Shown in pieces: positions 49,239 through 58,271 of a DNA stretch of 64,000 nt; the stretch's first letter is position 1; every line of letters begins with the position of its first letter. This DNA comes from a virus. Lineage: Duplodnaviria; Caudoviricetes. Under the pieces are notes generated by a model. The model was not told the origin of the DNA, searched no databases, and saw only the letters and a program-made list of their open reading frames with translations. The stretch covers positions 32,001-96,000 of the IMG/VR virus record IMGVR_UViG_2930438282_000003; one strand, 5' to 3'. The position numbers and the translations under genes were made by a program.

Positions 49239-50171
49239 ATGTCCCCGACGATCCGCAGGGCTGTGATCCCCGCCGCCGGACTGGGCTCCCGCCTGCTGCC
49301 GCTGACCAAAGCCACGCCGAAGGAAATGCTCCCGGTCGGCGACAAGCCGGTGATCGAGCACACCGTGCGCGAGCTGGTGGACTCCGGCATCACCGACATC
49401 ACCATCGTCGTCTCCGGCGGCAAGAGCTTGATCCAGGATCACTTCCGGCCCAACCCCGCCCTCGTAGAACAGCTGCGCAGCGATGGGAAGGCGGCGTACG
49501 CGGCCGCGGTGGAGGAGGTCGCCGAGCTAGCCCGCAAGGGCCACATCACTTACCTCGACCAGCACGGCCCGTACGGCAACGGCACGCCTGTGCTGAACGC
49601 CGCCCGCTCCTTCGGCGACGAACCGGTACTGGTGCTGTGGCCGGACGACGTGTTCGTGGCCGAGGTCCCCCGAGCCCAGCAGCTGGTCCGCGCCTACGAA
49701 CAGACAGGCTGCCCCGTCCTGGCTCTGATGCCGGTGGACCCCGCCGAGTCCCGGCGCTACGGCGTGCCCGTTGTCAAGGAAGATCTCGGTGACGGCCAGT
49801 TGCGCATCACCGGCCTGATCGAGAAGCCGAAACCGGCTGATGCGCCATCCCCGTACGCGGCCATCGGCGGCTATGTGATCACTCCCGGCATCGTTGACGA
49901 GCTGCGCGAACAGACTCGCCGCTGGTACGAGCACAAGACCGGCGAGGTGTACCTGACCGACGCCATCAACGCCTACGCTTCTACCCGGGCGGTGTACGGG
50001 CAAGTCATCCAAGGCCGCTGGTACGACACCGGCAACCCGGCCGACTACCTCGTCGCCCAGATGGCCTTCGCCCTCGCCCACCCTGAGTACGGGCCCGTCC
50101 TGCGCGGCCTCGTCCGGGAACTCGACGACGACCGCGCCGACTCCAGCGTGGACGCCACATCCATGCCCTGA
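49239..50171 (+). CDS. galU: UTP-glucose-1-phosphate uridylyltransferase-like nucleotidyltransferase
   Basis: RAVIPAAGLGSRLLPLTKATPKEMLPVGDKPVI, IEKP, GEVYLTDAI and YDTG. Confidence 0.85.
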   Translation: MSPTIRRAVIPAAGLGSRLLPLTKATPKEMLPVGDKPVIEHTVRELVDSGITDITIVVSGGKSLIQDHFRPNPALVEQLRSDGKAAYAAAVEEVAELARKGHITYLDQHGPYGNGTPVLNAARSFGDEPVLVLWPDDVFVAEVPRAQQLVRAYEQTGCPVLALMPVDPAESRRYGVPVVKEDLGDGQLRITGLIEKPKPADAPSPYAAIGGYVITPGIVDELREQTRRWYEHKTGEVYLTDAINAYASTRAVYGQVIQGRWYDTGNPADYLVAQMAFALAHPEYGPVLRGLVRELDDDRADSSVDATSMP

Positions 50172-50230
50172 GCTGTCGGTCTACTTGTGTGCCGCCTGGC
50201 CACGGCGGGCGGCACACAAGGAGAGCACCC

Positions 50231-50382
50231 ATGGCACGCCAACGCCTCTTCGAACCCTCATCGACCAGCGTGACACTTGGCTGGCCATCAACCCAGTTCA
50301 AGGCTGCCCCAAAGGCCGCGGCTACTGCTACCTGCCGGACCTCGGACTCACCCACACCGCCCGCTTGATCGCCATCCGCTGA
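50231..50382 (+). pseudogene. Radical SAM gene remnant
   Basis: WLAINPVQGCPKGRGYCYL is a CxxxCxxC motif with the middle Cys changed to Arg; truncated and out of frame with the ATG. Confidence 0.5.
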
Positions 50383-50526
50383 TCATGTCAACCACCAGCG
50401 CAGAGCCCTCACCCGCTATCACGCACAACTCGTAAGGGACTGTCACGCAAGAGCTGGCGGCCATAAGGGTGTCGAGTTACGCCTGCAAGTTTGACTTGTC
50501 TGGTTGCCCCCGAGCGATCATGATCC

Positions 50527-51111
50527 ATGACTCGCGCACTATCGACGCCGCCAGCAGTCTCTGCGGAGGTAATCTCCCGCTCTGAGCAGCCTGTGCTGTC
50601 CGTTGCCCAGGGTTTGGAGTTGCGGCCTTGGGAACCGGCTGACGCTCCCGTATTCCTGGGGGCTTACCAGGACGAAGAGATCCGCCGCTGGCATACGCGG
50701 CGCCCCCAGTCAGGGGCCCAGGTTCGAGAGTGGTTCGCCGGCTACCGCCAGGACTGGCAAAGTGCTACGGGCGCCCATTGGGCCATCGCCCGTCGCGACG
50801 GTGAAGTCCTCGGCAGGATATCCACACGTAGCTGGAACTTCGACGACGGCGTCGCCGGTGTCGGCTACTGGGTACTTCCAGCGGCCCGCGGCGCCGGTGT
50901 TGCGACCTGCGCCGTCATCGCCCTCTCAGCCTGGGCTTTGTATGAGATTGGCTTCTATCGCCTGCACTTGGACCACTCGATCCGCAACCATGCCTCCTGC
51001 CGGGTTGCTACGAAGTCCGGATACCTACTCGAAGGCACCATGCGCAGCGCCGCAGTGCATGACGACGGTCGACACGACATGCACTTGCACGCTCGAATCC
51101 GGAACACCTGA
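50527..51111 (+). CDS. GNAT (RimJ/RimL-type) acetyltransferase
   Basis: LRPWEPAD, VGYWVLPAARGAGVA and NHASCRVATKSGY.LEG. Confidence 0.9.
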   Translation: MTRALSTPPAVSAEVISRSEQPVLSVAQGLELRPWEPADAPVFLGAYQDEEIRRWHTRRPQSGAQVREWFAGYRQDWQSATGAHWAIARRDGEVLGRISTRSWNFDDGVAGVGYWVLPAARGAGVATCAVIALSAWALYEIGFYRLHLDHSIRNHASCRVATKSGYLLEGTMRSAAVHDDGRHDMHLHARIRNT

Positions 51112-51172
51112 ACCGGCGTGATGGGCCGATCATGGCTAGGCGGACGCCGCGACAGTTGGGAGGGGACAGTTA

Positions 51173-52341
51173 CTGACTTCGGCGTCGTAGGGTCTGGGTA
51201 TTCGTCGGGCCTGGTGACGGTGTCCGCTTTGGCTGGTACCCCGGAGGTATGCGGTACGCAGATGGGGGCGGGCTGACCGCCGAGCAGCGCAAGCGCCGCG
51301 AAGAGATAAGGATGCAGGCCGTCGAACTCTTCGAGGAGCGTGTGAAAGTCCCGCGCATCGCCCGGGAGTTACGGGTGAGCGAGAAGTCCGTCTACCAATG
51401 GCGCCGTGCCTGGAAGACAGGCGGGCGGGAAGCCCTGCGGTCCAAGGGGGCCCCGGGCTACGACTGTCGGCTCGGACCCCACCTTCAGGCCAGACTCGCC
51501 GCCTGGCTGGACGAAGGACCGGCCGCACACGGCTGGACGGAGGACCAGGTGTGGACCGCCGCCCGGGTACGCACACTGATCGGGCGGAGGTTCCACATCT
51601 CCTACAGCGTCTCCGGGGTGACCCGGCTGCTGCACCGGATGGGCTACAGCGTGCAGATGCCTGCCCGGCCCGCCGCCGAGCGCGACGAGGACGCGATCAC
51701 CGCATGGCGGGAGGCGACCTGGCAGGAGGTAAAACCCTTAGGGCGGCGACCGGCGCCTTCATCTGCTTCGAGGACGAAGCAGGCGTGACCGGCCGTCCGC
51801 CCAAGGGCCGCACCTGGGGCCGACGCGGGATCACCCCGACGGTGCGCGTTCCCGGGCGCAGCCGTGGCCGCCTGTCGGTGGCCGGGTTGCTGTGCTTCAA
51901 GCCGGGCCTTCCCGCCCGCCTGTGCTACCGGCTACGCCGGCACACCGGCCGCAAGGACGAGCGCCGCTCGCTGGGCGAGAGCGACTACATCCACCTGCTG
52001 GATGGCGCCCACCACCTGCTCAAAGCCCCACTGATCGTGGTGTGGGACCGGCTGAACACTCACATCTCCAAGACGATGCAGATGCTCGTGGCGCAGCGCG
52101 AGTGGCTGACGGTGGTGCTGCTGCCCGGATACGCGCCCGAGCTCAATCCGGTCGAGGGCATGTGGGCACACATCAAACGGAGCCTGGCCAACCTGGCCGC
52201 CCGCCCCCTCAGCAACCTCGAGACCCTGCTCCGCAGACGGCTCAAGGCACTGCAGTACCGGCGCGCCCTCCTTGACGGATTCCTCGCCGGAACGGGCCTC
52301 ACTCTCGACAGACCGGACTGACCCTACGACGCCGAAGTCAG
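51173..52341 (+). mobile_element. IS630-family insertion sequence
   Basis: Perfect 22-bp terminal inverted repeats CTGACTTCGGCGTCGTAGGGTC / GACCCTACGACGCCGAAGTCAG; TA duplicated at 51171-72 and 52342-43. Confidence 0.95.
51249..52321 (+). CDS. IS630 transposase (two ORFs joined by a -1 frameshift near 51730)
   Basis: orfA HTH 51249..51788; orfB ICFEDEAG, VVWDRLNTH and YAPELNPVE; GTAAAACCC at the overlap. Confidence 0.88.
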
Positions 52342-52401
52342 TAACCTGGTTGTGCTGCTGGTTCTGGGCCGGGCTGCCACCCACTTCGGGGAGGTCCCGT
52401 C
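52342..52401 (+). promoter_or_regulatory. Conserved leader copy 7 (before minor tail gene)
   Basis: TAACCT 52342, whose TA is the IS630 target; GCTGCTGGTTCTGGGCCGGGC 52354-52374; CGGG..CCC/GGG..CCCG stem over GGAGG. Confidence 0.85.
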
Positions 52402-53442
52402 TTGGCCGTTGCAGGGTGCGGAAGCCACACGTACCGCGTGGTAGACCGGTCGGGGGCGACCGTCGCCACTGGGTCTGTCCTGGCCGAAGTGGAATGGGTG
52501 CGCCTGCTGGACGACACGTCTACGGCGCGCGTCGTCATCAATCCGGACGGCGACTGCTGCGAAGCTCTGGGCCGGGTCCGGTCGTGGAGGCACCGGCTGC
52601 TGATCTACCGGGACGGCGAGTTCGTGTGGGACGGGCCGATCATCACGCCGTCCTGGTCGCTGGGGCAACTGGAGATCCGGGCCGCTGACATCGGCGCGTG
52701 GCTCGACCGCAGGGTGCCGCACGAGTCGATTACCTTCGGCTCCACCGATCTGGCCGACATCGCCGAGTGGCTGATCGAGGATGCCTTCGCACCCGACGAC
52801 CCGGGGTACCAGGTTGTGAAGATGGCCCCGGCCGGGGTGACCGGCGGGCGCCGCTACATCAAGGACGTCGGTCAGTCCGGCGACCACCTGCGGGCGCTGG
52901 CGGAGACCGGCCTCGACTACACCATCGTCGGCCAGTCGATCATCCTGCTGCCCGAGGACTGGCGGGAGAGCGTCGGCCGCCTGTCGGACGCCGACCTGCC
53001 CGAGGGCCTGGAAGTCACCGAGGACGGCACGAACCTGGCGACCCGCTGGGTCGTCGCCGGCGACGACGAAGGCGACGTCCTCGGCGAGGCAGGCGACGCG
53101 GACGAGTACTACGGGTTGCTGGAGCGGTACGTGGAGGACACCTCGATCACGGACGACGCGTCGGCGACGTCGGCGGCCCGGGTCAAGGTCCGCACGAGTC
53201 TGCCCGTGCCGGTGTTCATCGACAGCCAGGACGTCACCCTGTCCCCGGAGGCAGCCATCGACGTGCCGAAGCTCGTACCGGGCTGGTGCCTGGACGTCAC
53301 CAGCAACACGACCTGCCGCACGATCACCCAACGCCTCAAGATCGTCGGCGTGAAGGTGACCGAGGAAGGCGGCACAGACGCCCAGCCGGGCGCGGAGCGC
53401 GTACAGGTGCAGTTGGCGGCAGCCGGATCGGAGGCGTCCTGA
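52402..53442 (+). CDS. Minor tail (baseplate hub-like) protein
   Basis: TTG start after GGAGG; VEWVRLLDDTSTA, LLIYRDGEFVWDGPI and YYGLLE. Confidence 0.75.
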   Translation: MAVAGCGSHTYRVVDRSGATVATGSVLAEVEWVRLLDDTSTARVVINPDGDCCEALGRVRSWRHRLLIYRDGEFVWDGPIITPSWSLGQLEIRAADIGAWLDRRVPHESITFGSTDLADIAEWLIEDAFAPDDPGYQVVKMAPAGVTGGRRYIKDVGQSGDHLRALAETGLDYTIVGQSIILLPEDWRESVGRLSDADLPEGLEVTEDGTNLATRWVVAGDDEGDVLGEAGDADEYYGLLERYVEDTSITDDASATSAARVKVRTSLPVPVFIDSQDVTLSPEAAIDVPKLVPGWCLDVTSNTTCRTITQRLKIVGVKVTEEGGTDAQPGAERVQVQLAAAGSEAS

Positions 53443-53443
53443 C

Positions 53444-53887
53444 ATGGGGCTGCGAGGAGGGCCGACCAGGCGGCTCCCAGGCAACGCGCTCGGCGGGATG
53501 CTGCGCGACCTGGACAGGCGCAGCCGGATGCCGAGCCCGGGACGAGGCCGACGCAGGGAACAGGAAGCCCAGGAGGGCGAGCCGGGAATAGCCCCCAGGA
53601 CGGCGGCCGCGGTCCCGGCCGCGTCCGTCGCCGTGACCGGTGAGGATGGCCGCGCACGCTGGAAGTTCCCCACGCCGTACGCCGCGCCACCGGTCCTGAC
53701 CGCCCTGCCCGTCGACCCCGACCCCAGCGACGACGAGCGGACCGTCACGGTGGCCGTGGAGGAGATCACCACCTGGTACGCCGTCGTCCGGGTGTGGCAG
53801 ACGCGGCCACGGCGCGGCCACGGCGTCGCCTCCCCGGTCGGCGAGGGCGTCCGCGTGCAGTTGGTCGCGGTCGACTCTGCCTCCTGA
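53444..53887 (+). CDS. Small tail-associated protein
   Basis: Coupled to the previous gene; beta-rich C-terminus similar to 33392..33697. Confidence 0.65.
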   Translation: MGLRGGPTRRLPGNALGGMLRDLDRRSRMPSPGRGRRREQEAQEGEPGIAPRTAAAVPAASVAVTGEDGRARWKFPTPYAAPPVLTALPVDPDPSDDERTVTVAVEEITTWYAVVRVWQTRPRRGHGVASPVGEGVRVQLVAVDSAS

Positions 53888-53895
53888 CGCCCAGC

Positions 53896-53961
53896 TACCC
53901 TGCTTGGCGTCGCCGCTGGTTGTGGGCCGGGCCGCAGTCTCCTCGAAGGAGCGGCCCCGCC
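53896..53961 (+). promoter_or_regulatory. Conserved leader copy 8
   Basis: TACCCT 53896; GCCGCTGGTTGTGGGCCGGGC 53912-53932; GGGCCG..CTCCT-cga-AGGAG-CGGCCC fully pairs the AGGAG RBS. Confidence 0.9.
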
Positions 53962-54687
53962 ATGGCCTCATCAGTTTGTGTGTGCGACACGTACTTCACC
54001 GTCGACGACGACGGTTCGCTCTGCCTGATCCCCGGACAGCAGGGCCTGCGGGAGATCTTGTACTTCAAGAACCCAGGCAACTTCCAGTTCAAGAAGGCCG
54101 ACTACCCGTGGCTTGCCCGCGTGCGGGTCAAGGTCCAAGCCGGTGGCGGCGGAGCACCGGGAGCAGCGTCCGCCGCGAACCAGATGGTGGCCCAGATCGG
54201 TGGTACGGGCGGCGGCTACTCCGAATCCCTCCTCGACGTCTCCGCTCTCGGCGCGGTCGAGACCATCGTGGTCGGCGCGGGCGGATCCGCCGGTTCGGCC
54301 AACACGGACGGCGGCTCGGGCGGCAACTCGAGCTTCGGCGGTCTCGTCTCCGCCAACGGAGGAGGCGGCGCACCACAGACCATGGAGTCCGGCTCGGACG
54401 TGGGCGCATTCTCGGGCATCGCCGGGGCCCCTCCCGGGACCGGCCAGCTCGCCATCGGCGGCGGCCCCGGTGGTGGCTCGCTCCGCCTCTCCGGTTTCCA
54501 AGGCCAGTCCGGCGAGGGCGGCAGCAGCCAGCTCGGGCACGGCGGCCAGCAGCGGTCGTCGTCCAACCCTGGCGGCGCGCCACGCGGATACGGCGCCGGC
54601 GCGGCCGGAGCTCTAGCGCGCGCAGGGGACAGCGTGGGCGGCACCGCGGGCAGCGGAGGCATCGTCATCATCGAGCTGTATGGATGA
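53962..54687 (+). CDS. Glycine-rich tail fibre-like protein
   Basis: ATG 53962, MASSVCVC; VQAGGGG, GGTGGGYSES, IVVGAGG, GGNSSFG and GSGGIVIIELY. Confidence 0.8.
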   Translation: MASSVCVCDTYFTVDDDGSLCLIPGQQGLREILYFKNPGNFQFKKADYPWLARVRVKVQAGGGGAPGAASAANQMVAQIGGTGGGYSESLLDVSALGAVETIVVGAGGSAGSANTDGGSGGNSSFGGLVSANGGGGAPQTMESGSDVGAFSGIAGAPPGTGQLAIGGGPGGGSLRLSGFQGQSGEGGSSQLGHGGQQRSSSNPGGAPRGYGAGAAGALARAGDSVGGTAGSGGIVIIELYG

Positions 54688-54795
54688 TCCGGACACTGTC
54701 CGTGCAGGTCTGAGCCGTGCAGCCGGGTTGCCCGGGCACGGCTGGCCCGTTGTCCGGGCGGTGTCCGGACAGTGATCCGCGGCGTCCTGAACTGA

Positions 54796-55155
54796 TTAGC
54801 GGAGGATTATGGCGTTCAGCCTTCGGGAGAGCTCTTCGCGGATGTCGGCCGCGAGGGAGCCGGTCGTACCCCACGCAACGATCAGCTCGGCTACGTCTCG
54901 CAGCCTGATGTTGGTGAACATGGATGTCTCGGGGATAAGGTCCCAGACTTGGGCTCGTGTCATGCGTGCCACAGCGGCGATGACGCCGATTGCCTGGTCG
55001 ATCACGGCATGCGACTTCACTGCTGTCTGGAGCTGGGCGACTTTGGTTGGGCGGGGCCTTGCGGCCCGGCGGGAACACCAGGCCGCAATGCTCTTTCTGG
55101 TGCCAGGAAAAACCGCTCGAGGGACTGTGCCCAGTCCGGCGATCACCGTGATCAC
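54796..55155 (-). CDS. ANTAR-domain protein (possibly degenerate)
   Basis: QLQTAVKSHAVIDQAIGVI...TNIRLRDVAELIV; N-terminus unclear. Confidence 0.65.
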   Translation of the reverse strand: MITVIAGLGTVPRAVFPGTRKSIAAWCSRRAARPRPTKVAQLQTAVKSHAVIDQAIGVIAAVARMTRAQVWDLIPETSMFTNIRLRDVAELIVAWGTTGSLAADIREELSRRLNAIILR

Positions 55156-55187
55156 TCTCGTAACACCCTCCTATAGCGTTAACGGTC

Positions 55188-57184
55188 ATGCATCGAACAT
55201 TCCGTCACTTTGCTGTCGTCATAGCAGTTTTGCTGGCATCCGTACTACCGAGCGTCTCTGCCTCCGCTCACACCTCCGCTCCCGCCGACCCACAGGCCGA
55301 TGCAGCAGCCGTCCAGACCCTGGACTGGCTCGCCCACCTGCCCGGTCGGGCGGGCAACCGAGTGGTGTCCGGCGCCTTCGGCGGCCACAGCGGGCTGACC
55401 TTCTCACTCACCCAGACCGAAGCGCTCAGGAACCAGACCGGTCAGTACCCCGGGCTGCTCGCCTGCGACTACGGCGTCAACGCCGCCACCATCGACCACT
55501 CCTGCAACGCCACCCTCAAGCAGTGGTGGGCCGACGGCGGCCTGGTCTCCGTCAGCGCCCATGTCCCCAACCCGGTCAAGCCCGGCTGGGATGGCTTCTG
55601 GACGCGGCTGGAGACCTTCGATCAGCTGACCGACCCCTCCACCGCCACCGGGGCGGCCTGGCGCGCGACTCTGGACCAGATCGCGGACGGGCTCGAGGAC
55701 CTGAACGCCGCAGGCGTACCGGTACTGTTCCGGCCGCTGCACGAGATGAACGCGCAGGGGTCCAAGACCTTCTGGTGGAGTTCCCAGAGCCGGTCGGCTT
55801 ACAAGGCCGTGTGGCGTGACATGTTTCAGTACCTGACTGAGAACAGAGGCCTGCACAACCTGTTGTGGGTCTACTCACCGGGGTGCTGGTCCGGCGACCG
55901 GGCGGGGTACTACCCCGGCGACGCATACACCGATATCGTCGGCCTCGACTGCTACATCGGCAATCCCGCCGCCGCCCAGGGGTACGCCGAGCTCACCGCG
56001 CTGGACAAGCCCTTTGCCTTCTCGGAGATCGGTCCGCCGATCCCGTCCGGCAGCAGCGTCCCGGCGACCGGAAGTTTCGACTACGCTCAGTGGCCCGAGG
56101 CCATCCGCGCCCAGTTCCCGGCCACCACGTACTTCCTGACTTGGAGCAGCTCCTTCAGTCCCGTCAACCAGCTGGGCGGGACGAGCTGATTAACGACCCC
56201 TGGACCGTCAACCGGGGCGAGATCAACCTCAGCGCACGCACCGAGGCCGCCGGACCCGCTCGCCCACCGGCCCCCGTCGAGGAACTGTACGGCTTCGAGG
56301 ACGGCACCAGTGACTGGAACGGCTACCTTACGCTCCACGGCCCCTGGTCAGTGACCGAGTGGGCCTCGCAGGGCACCTACTCCCTCAAGGCCGACATCGA
56401 CCTCGCCTCCCCCGAGAGCTACCTCAACTGGACCGGCACCACGGACCTGAGCAGCTACGGCACCCTCACCGCGGCAGTGCGCACCGCTCCCTGGGGGAAC
56501 CATGCTGCCGGCACCCACGCCAAGCTTTACCTGCGTACTGGATCGGCCGGGACCTGGTACGACAGCGGAGAGACGGTCATCGATACGAACGGGGCGATGC
56601 TCACTATCGACCTGTCCAAGGTCAGGGACCTCAACGACGTCCGTGAGATCGGCGTCCGGATCACCCCCGCCACCGGTGCGTCCGGCCAGTCGGCCGTCTA
56701 CGTGGACGACGTGTCGGCAACCCGGCCGCCGACCACTTTTGCCGACTTCGAGGACGGCGCGGACAGCTGGATCGGCTACCGGACAAAGGCCGGTCCTTGG
56801 TCGGTAACCGAATGGGCCGCCATGGGCACCCACTCCTTCAAGGCCGATGTCGATCTCACGGCGGGCAGCAGCATTCTCTACCGGTACTTCTCCACGCCAG
56901 TCGACTGGAGCGGCCGGACCACCTTCGCCGCCGTAGCCCGCACCGCTCCCTGGGGCAATCACGCCGACGGCACCCGGGCCAAGCTGTATGTCAGGTCCGG
57001 CCCCGACTGCACCTGGCACGACGGCGGAACCCATCCCGTGGACTCCGCAGGAACCGCGCTCTCTTACAACCTGACCGGCGTCGCCGGCCTCAACCACGTC
57101 TGCGAGGCCGGGGTCCAGTTTATCTACGCCTCCGGGGCCTCGGGCGGCTCCGCGGTGTACGTGGACCACGCGACGTTGCGCTGA
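55188..57184 (+). pseudogene. Secreted GH26 beta-mannanase with two CBM-like repeats, frameshifted near 56183
   Basis: LFRPLHEMN, YYPGDAYTDIVGLDCY and FSEIGP. The ORF stops at 56189 but ELINDPWTVNRGEI continues in another frame, followed by two FEDG..W..GPWSVTEWA..G.(Y/H)S.KAD repeats. Confidence 0.8.
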
Positions 57185-57207
57185 GCCCTGCCCAACTGCG
57201 TGCAGCA

Positions 57208-57239
57208 GCCGCCCGCACCGCGTCGCGGGTGCGGGCGGC
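57208..57239 (+). terminator. 12-bp hairpin terminator
   Basis: GCCGCCCGCACC-8 nt-GGTGCGGGCGGC. Confidence 0.7.
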
Positions 57240-57358
57240 CGCCGATAAGGCCAGAGCGGTTGGTTCAACGCGAATCGAGCGCGCAGTTGTGCCGGACCCC
57301 GGCGAGTTCGACGCTTCCAGCATGATCAACCCCCGAAGGACTTCGAGCGCCGACCACT

Positions 57359-57430
57359 TAGACTCAATGGTGCGCCGCTGGTTGTGGGCCGGGCCAAGAC
57401 AAATCCCCGAGGACGGTGGGCACCTTGGCC
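57359..57430 (+). promoter_or_regulatory. Conserved leader copy 9
   Basis: TAGACT 57359; GCCGCTGGTTGTGGGCCGGGC 57374-57394; GGCCAAG (57392) pairs with CTTGGCC (57424), which contains the likely TTG start. Confidence 0.88.
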
Positions 57431-58261
57431 AGATGCGGATGCGGCGGCGGGCAATGCAGCTGCTCGATCGCCGCCGGCGACAACGTGGCACTCAGCGGTT
57501 CCGGCAGCGTCGCCAACCCCTACGTGCTCTCCGCCTCGCTAAGCTGCGAGGAGGTGCGCCAGTGCCTGTCCGGCACGGGCGGGGTCGAATACAACCCGGG
57601 TACCGGCGCCATCAGCGCAGACCTGTCCGGGCAATCTGGGAACAACCTGACCCTCGGCCCGGACGGCGGGCTGTTCGTGCCGACCGGTGCCGCCACGGTG
57701 AGCGTGGGGTGTGGCCTGACCGGCAACGGCTCCGGAGGTACCCCTCTGGAGGTATCGACGGGTACGTGGCCGTACGCGTGCGGCGCGGACACTAGCGGCG
57801 GGGTCGTCGTCTGCGACAGCAGCGGCCAGCTTCGGTCTGAGCCGCGAGGGCGGGTTTCCTACCAGCAGTTCTTCGACTCGAGGGATTACTCGGACATCAC
57901 GGTCCCCACCGCGCAGAACACGACTGCCGACACCTTCTCGATGACGGTCACCAACCCGGACCCGTGCCGGGACGCCTTCGTGCTGGTCGAACGTGAAGCG
58001 GACGTCTTCTTCGTCCTCCCCGCCGGGGGTGGCGCCGGGTGCGGCTACGAGGGCGACGAGATGTATTACACCCGCAACACTGGCTCTTCCAGCATTGTCG
58101 GCGCGCACGCCCAGACCACCAAGGTGCTGGCCAACCCGGGGCTTCTGGCCCCGGGCGCGAGTACTCCTATCGGGTTCGCTGTGACAGTGGGCCGTGGCAG
58201 CGGCGGCGCCTACTACTACCGGATTGAGGTCGCCATCCGGGCCATGATCATCAGCCTGTGA
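57425..58261 (+). CDS. Short fibre-like protein, paralog of 33769..36657
   Basis: ARCGCGGGQCSC..GSGSVANPYVLSA..CEEVRQCLS..YNPGTGAI..GPDGGLFVP..GCGLTGNG; start at 57425 (TTG) or 57416 (GTG). Confidence 0.78.
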   Translation: MARCGCGGGQCSCSIAAGDNVALSGSGSVANPYVLSASLSCEEVRQCLSGTGGVEYNPGTGAISADLSGQSGNNLTLGPDGGLFVPTGAATVSVGCGLTGNGSGGTPLEVSTGTWPYACGADTSGGVVVCDSSGQLRSEPRGRVSYQQFFDSRDYSDITVPTAQNTTADTFSMTVTNPDPCRDAFVLVEREADVFFVLPAGGGAGCGYEGDEMYYTRNTGSSSIVGAHAQTTKVLANPGLLAPGASTPIGFAVTVGRGSGGAYYYRIEVAIRAMIISL

Positions 58262-58271
58262 GGAGTGCACG

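Noticed and set aside
20707-57394. Leader motif as CRISPR repeat or REP element
   Set aside because: Copies are dispersed, on one strand only, tied to start codons, with no spacer array or cas genes.
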